Positions 27,052 to 42,563 are shown, counted from the first letter of the stretch. The stretch: 64,000 nt of DNA from Lama glama (GCA_028534125.1 CM052816.1:73904001-73968000), one strand, 5' to 3'. Notes: generated from the sequence alone by a model not told the origin. Made by a program: numbers and translations.

Positions 27052-30000
27052 CAAAGCACCTAAATCACAGACTTTTAACACAGCCTTCTGTTCTTTCTAC
27101 CACACCAATGTGCTGTGGACAACATGAAGTCAAAGGTAGTCTAGTCAACAGTCAGAATCCAGGAGGAAGACAGCCTCTTTCCTGGAGCACAACAGACACC
27201 TTTGATCAGAGGGATTCCTGGCAATTCTACACAACAGGTTGACTAGAGATGTGAGGGAATGCACATGCTTTCTTTGGTTTTCCTCTCTTCTACCAAAAGT
27301 TTCACTCATTTGATGAATTTCACAATGACTCTTACCACACCCACCCTACTGCCACCGTGTTTTACAAGAAGGCAGGCTCAGGGCAAAGTGCAAAGAAACA
27401 AGCCACACTCTTTCAGAAAACCAGAAGCACTGGCTAACTCATCACCAAATAGAGCCAGTTGGAATTCTGAAACTCTGACACAATAGCCTATGTTCTAGCT
27501 GTTTTTCCCCGTTTCAACTGTCATCTGAATTGGAAACACAATGATGTTATGTCTTCCATTCAGAATATCTTAACACCTATTAACTAACCTCCTAGCAAAT
27601 ATAAAAGCCACAGGATCAGGAATTTTGATCTTCAGATTCACTGATGCACTCTCAGGACCTAGAACAGTGCCTGGCACAAAGTACTATATAATTATTCATA
27701 CAGTGAATGGTCATTAACATGAACAGTCATGGCCAAAAAGAAAGTACTGCGAAGCTGGCAAGAAACTCATAAATAATGTCTATTTCTTTACTCAAAACAC
27801 TATACTGGATCTTTTATCTGGCCTAACTGCTATTCTCTTCCAAAGCATGTATCTTTATTACTTAACAAATTTGCATGCCCTAGCCCTTCCTGCACCCCAA
27901 AACATAACAAATGCAAGAAAGCTGAACTAATTTTATTGGAATTATATTTAATCCATGAAAAACAGGAAAATCCAGTCAGATTAACAAAATATTTCATCTT
28001 CAAGTAGCTTCAAAGAATGGATTTCTTAGCAAAAATAACATTTAAATTTGTAGCCATGTCACACAAGACCGTAAAACACTACTAAACTGCAAGTACCACT
28101 GGCAGCTAGATGTGTTTATGCAGAGGATGAAAAAAATAATTAAATATTTATTTTTTAAAACCTGCAGAAAAATATCATGTTATGAGTAGTATAAAAAGTT
28201 TTAAATGTTCCCTGGACAGTTATCTACTCCTCCTCCTCCTTTTCTTAGCACACTATCACATTAAGTGGAGTTCACTCACTAATGCATTTGTTTATAGATT
28301 TGTTCTCTTTATAAACTTTTGAGTGTGGGAATTGGGCTTATGCAGCCTTGTATTCTCAGTATCTGGTAATACATTTCTAATAATTAATAATTGTTAATAA
28401 CTTCTAATTATTAACAGAAAGATACAGGTGAAATTAACATGAAAGCAATATATCACATCAGTGAGCCAACCAAAGAAGTTAAAAGGCGGCTTTATAAGTG
28501 CAAAAGCAATAATGCTTTATACAAAGAAAATCAAGCAGGGATTAATTGCAAAAAGAGAAAAACTCCATCTCTTTCTAAGAATTGTTCATTGGGAATAACT
28601 ATCTCAGCTTTGGAATGAAAAGCCTATCACATCAATACAAAGACTGGGAAATTAAAAAAAAAAGTCTGTCCTCCTGTAACCTTAAGATTTTTGTAATAAA
28701 ATGTTTTGAGAGATCAAGCCTGAGTTAGGAAAGCTAGCCCAGCGTTCTGGGCAACCGGGAAGCAACAATATCCTGGCCACTAAAGAACGGCGAAGTCAGT
28801 GAACTTCCATGACGCTCTGAAATGAGCCCTTGTCGTGAAATGCCATGTGCTTCATTATATAATCTCAGCTCTCTGTGAGCATGTTATGACTATGGCCAAA
28901 GTAAAGGAAAACAGGAGTGTCTCTAAATCAATCACGGGCCATGAAGCCAGACAGACTGTATGACAGACACAATTTTTCTTGGTACCACTTGGGCATAACT
29001 AATTGATGACAGTCGTATGTCCACACTGGCACGTTTCCACAGGGAATGTGTGCGAGTATGTCACCACATCTGGATGCTGGGCCTGCTGGGGTCCTGAGGC
29101 ACAAAGATCTGCTAACAGCAGAGGCCCAGCAGCTGTGCTCAATGAACACCGTGGGAGCGCCGCAGAGTGATGAAAGGACCAAATTACGGCAAACTGTAAA
29201 TACAGATTTATTTCATTAAAATACGAGGTAACCACTGCAGCCATCTCTTGTTCAAGCAGACATTTGCCTCTTAAAAGAAAGCTAGCATCTATGTACACAC
29301 ATATTCTTAACTTCATAAAGAAAATCCGCATTTCTCCTATGAAAAGATGATGACAGACATAAAGCAAAATCAACAAAGTTGCTACAATTCCCTTCAAATT
29401 AAAAAAAAATCCCCACGCAGAAGCTAGAAAGCAAAAATATGATAATCTACTGTCATCGTGTTAACAAAAACTGTTCCTTCCCATTCAATTCAAATGTGAG
29501 ACTTAACTTAACTTATTAAAAAGCCTGTGTTGAAAATTCATTACAGTAAAAAAAAATTGAATATATAAATATATAATTTCATCTTTAATATGAAATAGAT
29601 CAATATAAATGGCTAACTTTTCCTAACTCACAGAGAAGTCAGGCTGACCAATAATTTTATTCTGATCCTATGTAATAATTTATTAATACTTTATTTGAAC
29701 AATTGATGACAATTATATGTAACGATTAAAAGCTCTCTCATGAAAAGCCTAATATTCTATTCACAAAATTACATCGATGAAAAACAAATTATACCTGAAA
29801 ACTATTCACATATGTCTAACCAAAATCCTCCTAAAACAGCAGTTTATACTAGGTTCTCATGGATAAAATTCAAATTTTAATCAGGTCAGAAACTAAAATT
29901 TCATTTGTTTTATCCCTTTCCTTTTCAGATGATTTTCTTCCATCCTTCTAATTCCTTTCCTTTCACATCTTGCCTTCCATCAAGCCGTCAAACTTGTAAG

Positions 30001-30929
30001 ATGTTCTCCAACTCTGCACCCATCTATCTAACACTGGACTGATTTTCCAAGATGTCTGTTTAAGCTGGGCTGACCAACAGGACATAAGAGAGGTATGTCA
30101 AAGTAATCATGCCCTTCCCTAAGGATAACTAAGACATGAAAGCCGTCTTTCTCTGTTTTGTTATGATTGCCACTCATCTAAACATTTATGTGGTGATAGA
30201 AGGCATTACTAATACATTAGACTTTTTCACATGTGGACTGAATAAAGGGAAACAATTTCTTTTTAGGAAAATTATTAAAGATTCAGTAACACGTCCTTTC
30301 CACTTGTAGGTCTGCAAATGCTTTAAGTGGTCGGAGTAGGACTGAAAGGGAAGCACAGTTTAATACGCTACATGAAAACAGAAAAAAGTTACTAAAATGA
30401 GACCGCCTACATGAAAATCAAAAAACAAAGTCAGTACCTTTTCTCATCTTCTGTCTTCTCTACCTTCAATTCATCTAAGATTTTACTAAACATCGAAAAC
30501 ACCTACATCACAGAAATGCTGGTCCTACCACAAAATATTCTGATCCTGTGTATTTAAAAAATACAGACTCCCTATAGATCACAGGAAGGTAGAGAATGAG
30601 AAAAGGAAAAAAGGATGGAAACACAGGAAGAAATAAAATTCAGCTGACACTAAAACATTTTGGATAACCCTCTGCTGTCATCATCAGAGTCCCTTTTACT
30701 GCTATTAATATCTGGGATATCCCAGCTGAAGAGAAGGATTCTGCATCCAGCCTGGCATAGGTGGTCTGACTAGCTCTAGGCACACTGTTTGACTTATTTT
30801 CTTATCATCTGCCTTCAGACAAAAATGCAAGATTGATGTCTAAAAGGAATTTTTATTAACAGACGTTAACAATTTTGTCAACATACATGAACATCCTGGT
30901 GCACAAACTAATTTTATTTAATAATAGTT

Positions 30930-31141
30930 AATGGAATACTACTCAGCCATTAAAAACCGGCAACATAATGCCATTTGCAGCAACATGGATGCTCCTAGAG
31001 AATGTCATTCTAAGTGAAGTAAGCCAGAAAGAGAAAGAAAAATACCATATGAGATCACTCATATGTGGAATCTAAAGACTCATGGACAGAGAATACAGAC
31101 TTGTGGTTACCAGGGGGGTAGAGGGTGGGAAGGGATAGACT
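30930..31141 (+). mobile_element. Lineage-specific L1, ORF2 end/3' UTR, running into a 500-N gap
   Basis: aatggaatactactcagccat...gccatttgcagcaacatggatg...ctaagtgaagtaagccag. Confidence 0.88.
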
Positions 31142-31641
31142 NNNNNNNNNNNNNNNNNNNNNNNNNNNNNNNNNNNNNNNNNNNNNNNNNNNNNNNNNNN
31201 NNNNNNNNNNNNNNNNNNNNNNNNNNNNNNNNNNNNNNNNNNNNNNNNNNNNNNNNNNNNNNNNNNNNNNNNNNNNNNNNNNNNNNNNNNNNNNNNNNNN
31301 NNNNNNNNNNNNNNNNNNNNNNNNNNNNNNNNNNNNNNNNNNNNNNNNNNNNNNNNNNNNNNNNNNNNNNNNNNNNNNNNNNNNNNNNNNNNNNNNNNNN
31401 NNNNNNNNNNNNNNNNNNNNNNNNNNNNNNNNNNNNNNNNNNNNNNNNNNNNNNNNNNNNNNNNNNNNNNNNNNNNNNNNNNNNNNNNNNNNNNNNNNNN
31501 NNNNNNNNNNNNNNNNNNNNNNNNNNNNNNNNNNNNNNNNNNNNNNNNNNNNNNNNNNNNNNNNNNNNNNNNNNNNNNNNNNNNNNNNNNNNNNNNNNNN
31601 NNNNNNNNNNNNNNNNNNNNNNNNNNNNNNNNNNNNNNNNN
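31142..31641. other. Assembly gap (500 N); other gaps at 50174-50345, 60121-60249, 63345-63499
   Basis: Runs of N; none interrupts the reconstructed reading frame. Confidence 0.99.
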
Positions 31642-32082
31642 CAGCCTCAGGGTGTGAGAGCTGAATCAGTCAACTATTAACCAGCCCAGCTTCACCACCT
31701 GGTCTCACTCTTCAGCAATCTCTCGTTTGAGATGTTTTTCTTCAGTGTGAACAACAGTAACCAAAAAGACACAACTTGGTATAATTCAAATGTTCTGCTT
31801 GACCTCCTTCCAGAAACCGGGTTTCTATTTTTCCACAGGGATAAATATCCTGGAACTTAGTACAATAAAATTTCCCTTTCTAAAAAGAACCTCTATTTAG
31901 GGTCGATGATATTAGACAGAGGCAGCAAAAACTGGGTAGTAAGACTGTGGCTAGACTAAGGCTTTTTACAACTTAGTCTCTCTACCGCACATTACAGAGG
32001 AAAACCCCACCCAAAGAAACAGTCACCTCAAAAGAGGTCATCTACGTCTCCCGTCTCTCATACATGCACAGCAAGCACTTAC

Positions 32083-32164
32083 CTGACTTTTTTGCCCTGT
32101 TCAGAGAGCATCTTTACCAAATCTGCGATGGGGTACTGAGCTTTGGCTGCACAGAGGCCATAGC
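32083..32164 (-). CDS. NNT: NNT exon 19: [27 protein letters not shown](R)
   Basis: ttgtag acceptor, CAG|gtaagt donor, 82 nt; completes PGYG motif of domain III. Confidence 0.96.
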
Positions 32165-32854
32165 CTACAAGGAACATTAAGGACATAAGAATGTTGTTTT
32201 TATTTAGAAATTTTATGAACTACAATTTCTCTCTTGATCAAAACATATTTTTATGCCCCCAAAAAAGGCAATTGTTAACAGGATTAGAAATGATAACAAA
32301 AAACTTACAATACAGACTTTTAAAAATATTGGCCTAAATTTCAGATTCAGAATCTCATGGTCCCTCCTCAGTCTCCTGTGGTGTCTGATGCTGCTGGGCA
32401 CCCTCCTCACCCACCATCTACTACACATACACACGCTCACTTGTGTACACACTTGGACTCGCCCTCACATAAAGTCCCCTGGCTCCCCTCCTAACATTGT
32501 CAGTTTCCCTGAACAGATCTTCTCCTTCTGTCCCCCAACCACTTAAATGGTGACGCTCCCCAGGGTTTAACTAGGCAACTCACTCTCTCCTGGGAAAACC
32601 TCAGCCCACCCAATGGCTTCAATGGCCATCTGATGACTCCGAATCTATCTGCAGGCTCAGCCTGTCATTTGAGCTCCAGGTCAGCATGTCCTTTGTCCCA
32701 GCTCCGCCACAACTTAATGTCTCCAAATAAGAACTTAAAAACACAGCCCTTATCACAACCCACCTTGCATTATATATCGATCTGACTTCTTCACTAGATG
32801 GAAAAAGCATAAAGGGAAAAGAATGTGTCCTTTACTTTCCACCTTCACACTCCA

Positions 32855-33043
32855 GCACAACGTTTCTCAATGCACTTTGGTTGGGACAATTCACTATGCA
32901 GGAATGTCCCAAGTGCTACAGCATTTAGCTCGCCTCCTCCCATGTCTAGCTGACAGTAGGTGCCCCTTCTTGAAGACAACCAAAAACCCAAACCCACATG
33001 TTTCAAACAACCCTAGAAAATGATACTGCCCCCACTTGAGAAG
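32855..33043. mobile_element. MER20-like hAT MITE
   Basis: tttctcaa...ttgagaa terminal inverted motifs; gacaaccaaaaa core. Confidence 0.55.
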
Positions 33044-33773
33044 GCTTGTGTCTGAACATTCAATTCTGCTAATGTTTGTTATTTACGTGTTAGTATATAA
33101 CCAACAAGCAAAGTATCCACGTGCCAAATCAATAGATTTTCTTCACAGAAAATTCCCACGATAGCACGATAGAGTTAAAATCCTAATCTGGAACCAACAT
33201 GTTGCCTGTAATAAATATATCAGCATTCTGTGATAAGAAAGAACTGGGCCAAAACTCAGAAAATTGGGAAACTGAGGCCTGGAGAGATAATTGAGTTGGG
33301 CAAAGACTTGCAAAATCAAGAACAAAACTATGACTCCTAGACCAAATTCTTCCTTCTAGGCCATATTCCCTCATCTTTTGGAAATCACATGATTCTCAAG
33401 GATTTTTTAAAATACTTACTTTTGAAAAAAAAAAAAGACATTAACATTCCCCAACCCTTACTAAGTGAGTTTAACAAATGAGCTAGACACTTTCATATAT
33501 ACTGTCTATTTCAATCCTGACATAGGCCCAGAATTTATCGATGAGGAAAAAATAATCAAGACTCAAAGAGGATTTAAATAAACATTTATACAGAATCACA
33601 GAAAGACATGGCTAGAACCCATTACATCAATTTATAGAATCTCTATGTGATTCCCAAAATATTAACCTAAACCAAGAATTCTTAGTATTTTTCACTTAGT
33701 GATCAAAAGGCTGCTTCTAAATTTGCATTATGTTTTCAAAATGAAGAAGTTCTCATTTGGTTTTTTCCTATTA

Positions 33774-34049
<276 letters not shown>

Positions 34050-37000
34050 TCAAGTAACTTTTGCAAATGGTATGACTCCTGTGTATACGATATTCAGAAT
34101 CATTTAAAGAGGTTTATTTGATCATTTAAAACATTTTAACCAGATCAATCTGACCTAGCTTCTGAAAATTATTTCAAAAATTTAAATGATAAGAAGATAT
34201 TTGGGAAATCATATCATTTGTTTCTATAAAATCAACTGTACACTGATATGTTTTCAGTAAAAATAAATTTTAAAAAAGAATTTAATGGAAAATTACCAGG
34301 GACATTAACATATTCATGAAAAACTCAGAACTAGTTTTTATTGTCTGCGCACTGAGTGAGCAAGTTCTGCCTCCATACTGACTTGTATTTCACCAGAGTA
34401 AAAGAGAATGAAAGCTATAAGAAATTTTACAAGGTGACTCCACAGATCTGCCAGGTGAACTCTGCTACCAGCTGCAAGCTGTCACGAGGCAAGAGGGAGG
34501 AATCAGGGAGGGACCCGTAGCATTTAGAAGTCTGCTGCCCTCTGTCGTCAAGAAAACAAACACGTGGGAGTTGTTACTGTCTTACTTGCCAAATCAACTA
34601 CAGCTCCATGAAGCAATAACAGAGTGGCTGGATTCATCATTAGGCTTCTAAAATAGTTCACTTCTAAGAACACAGATGAGCAAGTTTATAGACTGCTTCA
34701 TTAAAATCTGCACCCACCCTTTTAACTAGAAAAATAATCTTGGGGAAAAAAGAATAAGGCATTTCCTGCGTGCTCATTTACAATCATCCAACAATGTACA
34801 AACACCACAACTGGAATATCTGACAATAACTGATCTAATTTTGCCAACTGTTTGTAGAACTCTGGAAGTGTGGTGGTAAAAGCAAAAAAAAAAAAAAAGA
34901 AAGAAAAACAAAAAGAAAAGAAAAGAAAAAACAGGAAGCTAGATGTTTTTAGCAATCAAAAACATTTTAAGAATTCAAATCACTGTACACACTAGAAGCA
35001 GTCATTCAACATGATCAAAACTGAATTCATCACTTCGTTAAAAATTTCAAAAAACTGAACCCTATTTTAAGGGTTGTAATAAGCAGAAGATTGATCCATT
35101 GTTTATACCATTTAAAACCTAGATAAGTGTCAATATATATTTTAAAAAAAAAACAGACAAGGCTTTATTATTAAAAAGCAAAAAGCACCTGGAGATTCTC
35201 AGTGATAAGTAACACATCAGAGGAAAAAAAACATGGCCACTCATCCAAAGACAGGCCAGCCCACGACCACCTTCGGGGAGACATTTACACGTATGGCTGA
35301 AGGGGGACAGAGGCAAAGGCAGGGAGGAAACGGAGCAGAGCAGGTGAGCAGACACCTGGCTTATCAAGACTATAGACTTCAAAGATGATAGATCAAAATG
35401 TTGTCAGAATTTTTTTGATTGTTCTTTTGATCTAACCTCATTGATCAGATACAACAGTCACATTTTACAGAGCCTAGAGTCTGGTCAATTTATCTAAGAT
35501 TATTACTTATAAAATAAAGCCCAGAAAATCTTAATGCATATTATTAACAGATAAGAAGGTCAGAGAAACGTCAAAGTAATGCTTTTAATTAAGCTCTTTC
35601 TCAATCCAACATGAAGTTTTAAATTCTTAACGTAGTCTCCTATACTTGAATCCAAGTAGGCACTCCTGAGACTTCCCAAACAGTCAACATTTGTTGATTT
35701 TGATAAACCCTTTCTAGTTCTGAAGTACAGGATTCTGAAATTAAGTTGCCAGAAATACATTCTACCAAATGCTTGCCCTTAAGAAGTGACTCAGAGGCAC
35801 ATTTCAGACATTGAGATATTTCTGTCATAGATAACTTAAAAAAAAAAAGTCAAATGTACAAAGAGTCTCCATCACCTGCATCACACAGTTCTGTAAAGGG
35901 ACAGACAACAGAGAAACATGATGTAGAATATGACCACTTTATTCCAAGTTAGTTTAAAAGGAACCATTCTTTTCTTCCTATAAAACTGAATGGAGGAGAA
36001 GAAAAGAATTTCTGAGGATATTTTGTTAATGTGTACGCACTTCTGATGGTATCTCAGAAAAAAAATGGGGCGAGCCACACAGTAGTTTAACAAATCAAAG
36101 TCAACTTGTTAAACACATATCCACAATTATATCACCATGAAGCTAATTCCACGTGGTCTCTTACTAAATTATTTTTCATCTCTGAATCTACCATTGCAGC
36201 ATCATATTCACGACAAATATTTAGGGTTTAGGGCTTTGTTTTGTTTCTTTTTGTTTTTCTTTTTTTTTTGCTTACTAAAGTGATTAATGAGACTAACCCG
36301 TGACCACTGATCCACAGATTGAAGAATTCCCAGCTTCCAAGACAAAGTATTTGCAACACTGTCAAGACTGTTCCTTTTAAGTTACTAAACTCTATAATGA
36401 AAATTGTATGCAACTTTAAAGAGACCCTTAATTCACATAATTCCAAGCAAGCTGACAAATAAATCTGAAAAACACAGGAAAGGTCATAAAACAGGCAAAA
36501 CCAAAGCAATAACAACATACATACCATTTATCAGCATCTCTCACTTCAATGCTTTGTAGGTGCTAATTGATCACAAAGCCAAAAAAATTATTTTGGGTTT
36601 GGCTTTGACCTACTTCATCCTGCTCTATTTTCATTTGGAAGCAAAGTGCAAAATTCAGAAAATATGGCCTGAAAATGCTGTCCCATTTCCGGGAGCCCTC
36701 TGTGTCCCAGGAAATCTGGACACTATCTCAAGCAAACGGACTACAAAATCATAAAGAGGTTAGTGTCTATATGACATCTGGATATAAAGAAAACCATTCA
36801 TTTGAGCTAGTTGTTTGGACACTGTCAACATTTTTCAGTTTTTGTAATATTGGGTGTTGTGTAACCGAAGCATCAGGCTCAGAGGAGACCCAAAAGAATT
36901 GTCAGAACAAAAAGTCAGCTTTAGGGATGCTGATTACACAGGGTTCATTCCATTCCCTCTCACATAACAAAACCACTCTGTTCTGGTTTGGATTTGCATG

Positions 37001-37189
37001 TTTCTGCCAATAAATAAGAAAATACTGAAGGTAAACATACTAGCAATACTAATACATATGGACTGGTGGTAGTCTATCTGCTACCATAACCTATCTGAGA
37101 AGATTTCAAGTGTGAAATGAGCTAATAAAGTATTCATCTAATGTCCATTTAACAAGTATTATATTCATTTGAATGTGCCAGGTGCTAGG

Positions 37190-37370
37190 GCAGGCTTCAT
37201 AAACCCAAAGGCAAATAATAAATGGTGTCTCAAAATACCTTCCTTGTAAAATGAGAATATTTCCTACCTCCAGAATTAGTTTGGGGATTAAATGAGTTAA
37301 TATTTGTAAAGTACCCAGCATATTGCAATATGCCCGAGTATAAGCAGCTATTTCACTTTTATTATTATGA
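37190..37370 (+). mobile_element. MIR SINE fragment (adjacent to an L2 end)
   Basis: tgtaaaatgagaat...ggggattaaatgagttaatatttgtaaagt core. Confidence 0.65.
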
Positions 37371-38694
37371 ATTACTCTGAGCTGCTAAGCACAAGCCATG
37401 AAGAAACTATTTCTTACAATAAATTTTTTTTTGTTAAGAAATAAACAATTTATCATAATAAAGAGAAAAATCAACGAAGATTCACATGAAAAGTCAGAGA
37501 GCAGGAATATTTTAAAGGAAAGGAAATGTCTGTCTTCAAAACTGAAAAACATGGCAGGCTTATTTTTTGTTGCTGTCTTATGATGACATCTTATAATAAG
37601 ACACAGGAGTAGAAAGTGTTCAGTCAGACAAGCACCCACACCCCACTGCTGGAGCCCTGACTAGAGAGTCCTTTGTGGAGATCAATTTAACAACATCAAT
37701 AGCCAACAAAAAGATTTTTACTCCGTTTGACCAAGTAAATGTACTTACAGAATCTGACCTGAGAAAATCCTCAGTGATGTACAAGGAGAAATAACATGGA
37801 CTTGGATAAATAAAATTATGGTATATCTTCGTGTTATAAAAACATGCACACAGTAAAATTTGTTCGTTAAAAAATTAAACTTTAACATAGAAAGCATATG
37901 TATATGAAAAAAGACTAGAATTAGAATATTCAGTATAAACAACTAAGTGGCAAGGGGGCTATAGATTATTTTATATCCTTATTTATCCTTTCCCACTTTC
38001 TTCCAAATTTCCCACATTAAACATCTCTTATTTTCATAATTAAATAATTTTTTTTAAAGTAAAGCTTCATCTGTTCTTGAATCCAAGTTACTACAACTGG
38101 CTATTACAAACAGAGCGTCAGTCTGACCCAGTGTGAAGCTTATGGTCCCAGATGGCTATGAAAATACCTTTTTAGCCTTACATACAGTATAAGGATAAAA
38201 AATAACTGAGGGATGCTGACAGTAAATGGCAGGACGGAGGCAGTGGAAATAGAAAGAAAATACACAGAAGAACTAGAGAAAACAGATCAAGAAATATCGA
38301 AGAATGGAAAAAATTTAAGAGAAACATGATATAATCACAGAAGCACATGTAGAGAAGGGTATTTTAACAAGGGCCTTTTACACCTTCTTCTAGTTACTGC
38401 TGTAAAACTGCTACTGCAGAAGTTACTATACTTACTATAACCAACAATAAAAGAAACTAAATAAAGGAGGTAAAGAAGAGGAAATAAAAGACACAGGTAG
38501 AAATTTGCAAAATACTATTAACTCAAGAACCTAAAGAAAACCATTAGAAAAAAAAAAGAATAAGAAGGTATCTTATGCTGACACTTCAAGAACCATATAC
38601 AAGTTCTTCCCACCTCTACCCATCAGTATGCCACTGGCCTTGTTAAAATTCAGACCCTCCCATTTAATTTTACAATCAGTAATTAATGGTAATC

Positions 38695-38713
38695 TGCTGC
38701 CCCCTGCTGGTCA
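38695..38713 (-). promoter_or_regulatory. Candidate CTCF site TGACCAGCAGGGGGCAGCA
   Basis: Fits the CCASYAGRKGGCRS core without mismatch, in AT-rich intron 17. Confidence 0.65.
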
Positions 38714-39339
38714 TTCAAATTCACTGAATGAAGCAAAGTCAACGCTAAGGATTGAGAGTTCATATTTAGAGAAAACTATTTCTAATACAACTGAATAAAC
38801 TTTTTCTTCCTCATAAGCATTTGTTTTTAAAAATTCCAAAGCATGATAGTTTTCAAATAGGAAACACCTTTCCAAATTCCTTGAACAACTTGAGGGATTT
38901 AATTTTAAAACCTCTCAGCTTATTTTGAACTTAGGCTTTCAAACTCTGTTTTTACAATATGGCCCCCAAAAAACTAATTTTTTATTATGAAAAGATAACT
39001 TCAGCATTAAATTCACATAAAGATTTTCAACTAAAACATAAGAGAAATTCTAAGTTGTAAAATAAGGTTTTTTCCACTGTAATTAAAGAATGAAGGTGGA
39101 ATATCTTTTTTCTGCCTGAATTACTAACAGGTATAAAATCACATTCTGATTTCACTCAGTTTCATGCTCTTCCTTTCACAGTCATTCAAAACTATTATTC
39201 AGAGAATAATATCTTTAACTTGAAAAAGTTTTCTAGTCAAACTTTTAATTATTTGCAGGATTCTTCTTGCCATCAAGATGAGAAACAAATGAAGCTAGGA
39301 AGTATTTGTCTTGTTAATTTTTTCCTCTTTTTTTTAAAT

Positions 39340-39800
39340 CATGCTGACCACAAAACTTCAAGATTGGCACTCTCACAGATAACCGGTGGGAGTACAAATT
39401 GGAGCAAGCTTTCTGGGAAACACATGGCAGTAATAGACAGAGCCCTTAAAATGAGCACACCAGTCCACTTCTAGCAGTCGATCCTAAGATGAAAATCAGA
39501 AGTGCCAAATATGTATTTATGTCAGAAGAAAAATAAAAATCAAACAACCTTAAAGGTCTAACATTAGGGAAAAATTAAATAAATCTTGTATATCCATACG
39601 ATACATCAGTAAAATAATATTTAAAAAGCATTTTAATGACAGGAAAGTGGCAAGACTGTAATCTGTAAGATGTAAAAAATTAAATGTAAAACAGTGTACA
39701 GTATGGTAAGTAAACACACAGATAGGTAATACACAAAGAAAAAGAACAGAAGGAAAAAAATCAAAATCTTAAGTGTTGATCGCCAGATGGAGGCACTCAG
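39340..39800 (+). mobile_element. Ancient L1 (L1ME-like) fragment
   Basis: ggtgggagtacaaattgg...ctttctgggaaa...atggcag and tatatccatac degenerate ORF2-end motifs. Confidence 0.55.
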
Positions 39801-39911
39801 AAGATTTTTATCTTAATCCTGAACCTTCCTAATTATCTATACTTACTGCAGATAAAAGAAATGACAAACAGGTCATCACTTTCAGAACTCCCTCTCCCTT
39901 CCCTTCAGTCA

Positions 39912-40103
<192 letters not shown>

Positions 40104-41032
40104 CTAGGACGAAAACCAGAGCGGAGCTCGAAGTTAATTGAGTAAAAAGAAACCTCTGACACGGAGCATCGTGGCACGTAACCATCCCAGTTTTTCTATT
40201 AAGAGATTTACATGTAAGTTCCACAGCAGGTAATGATCGCGTGCCCCCTACCTAACTGACTCTCCCACAGACATAAAAGTGCAAACGCTGAACCACTTCC
40301 TCTGCCCCCCAAAATCCCTAAATCCCTAGAAGGCAGTGATGAAAAGAGGGCAGAAACTGGAGAGGGGTCTACGCTTGGGAAAAATAACAGCACAGAGTAA
40401 ATTTCCCAGTTTTTATGGTTTTATTTAGCTGATAAGCAAGACCCTGCAGCTGCCAATTGAAGCAGCGAAAACTAAAATATCTTACTAGTTTGAAAATCTG
40501 AGGATAGGGTTCAGAGTGACTAAACAATTACTGTATGTCTAACTTTGAACTAAGCACTGTAAATGATTTTAAAATTTCTAAACTAAAACCTTGTCTGCAA
40601 AGCATACACTATAGAGTATACTAGACAGACACGAAGCAGTCAGTGACGAACACAGAGCTGAGTGCTGTAACAAAATGCTACACTGTGACCACAGACAACG
40701 AAGGAGTACTGTATGTATCCACATGCTAAATGCAGTAACTGGAGAGGAAGAGGACCAACCTATCCTGAAAGGTCTCCCTGAACACATAGGGTTTGTTCAG
40801 TGCATTTCATCTTATACGATTACTTGGTTTAGTATCAGAGCTTCTAACAAATGTGAGAGTAACTAACGGGCAGGGACTCCTGGACACTCACTACATAAAC
40901 CCCAAGGCACTATTTTATAGGGCCTGTCACACAGCGGGGCCCTAATGAACAGAACTGAAACCTCTGGCTTTTGAAATTCTGTGCACCAACCCACTGATCT
41001 GGCGAAAAGACCCCAGAGCAATAAAGATGTCA

Positions 41033-41440
<408 letters not shown>

Positions 41441-41474
41441 CTAGAACGCGTCGCGAGAACCACCACCATCCCCT

Positions 41475-41494
41475 ACACACACACACACACACAC
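41475..41494 (+). repeat. (AC)10 microsatellite; (UG)10 in NNT pre-mRNA upstream of exon 16
   Basis: Directly visible. Confidence 0.95.
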
Positions 41495-42563
41495 TCTTCA
41501 GTGTACGTCATTTAATCCTAAACTACCAAAACTTAGTATTAGAATAAACATGCTACTTAAAATATCACTTTACATCAACAGCTATTAAAACAGAAAAGCA
41601 AATGAGAGTTCTTACATGTAAATGTTAACGGAAGTAGAAAAGGCGTGGCTCAGCTTAACTATCCTGTACTTCGATCACACAACCATTTCATTCCTCTTCA
41701 TCATGGAATCATGAAAAGTGATCGTTCTTTCCCCATTTGACTACTACAGAAGTTGTTAAGTGTGGTTTTATTCACTTAAGACTTCAAAACCAAGTCCTAG
41801 AACATTAGCCTCTCTAATTCAGTCAACTGCACCCAAGGGAGGAGAGCCCTTGTCTGCAAGTTGCTCTAAGGACAAAGTGTGAGACACGAATGTTGTGGGC
41901 TCGAAGTTCTTTTGTGATTTTTACATGTCACTTAAGTTCCCTCACTTAATTTTAATGACTTGACTACTGAGAGGTAAGACCAGATTTTTAAATCACTAAC
42001 TAGCTTCTCTAGAGACTCACCTTTTTAGGAAAACACTGAAAGCAGCTATGTGACTTTTCTTTCCCTCCACTTCTGTTTTCACGACTGCCTTCAGCAGCAG
42101 TGACAGCTGCCATGCTAGACCCCTAAAATGTGTATTTGTTTTCAAAGTAAGTAGGGGACCCTAATCACACAAACTTCAGTAAACCTCTCTCTATGCTGGA
42201 AAACGTATGAAGTCCATTTCTGTGAACGCTACACAGGTATCTCTAACCAAAGATCATGACGATGCTATTTTGTTCGTATGTATTATCAGCATCAACTAGT
42301 CCCTCGATGCACACTTCCGTGCACTACTTTCCTCCACGAGCTGTCTGCAGAAGTCATGGCCTCAAAGCTCTGTGAGGTCTGTAAGGCTCAATAAAGGGAA
42401 GCCACCTCTATAGAGGAAAAAAAAAAACTTTAATAGTACTTCTCAGGGCCATACCAATACTCTTCACCTAACAGGTCCTAATAATTAAGCTCTTTCCTGA
42501 AATTGAAATGGACCCGTAAACGCCCTAAATAATAGATATTTACCTCTATATTATACTGAATCA

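Noticed and set aside
28999-29397. 132-aa minus-strand ORF in intron 19 as a nested gene or alternative exon
   Set aside because: No recognisable motif, and the NNT frame is complete without it.
30366-30425. Direct repeat ctacatgaaaa, twice, 39 bp apart
   Set aside because: Only two short units in A-rich DNA; at most a small old duplication, not an array.
31063-31680. Long ORFs containing X runs (also 50142-50429, 63250-63525)
   Set aside because: Artefacts of N gaps.
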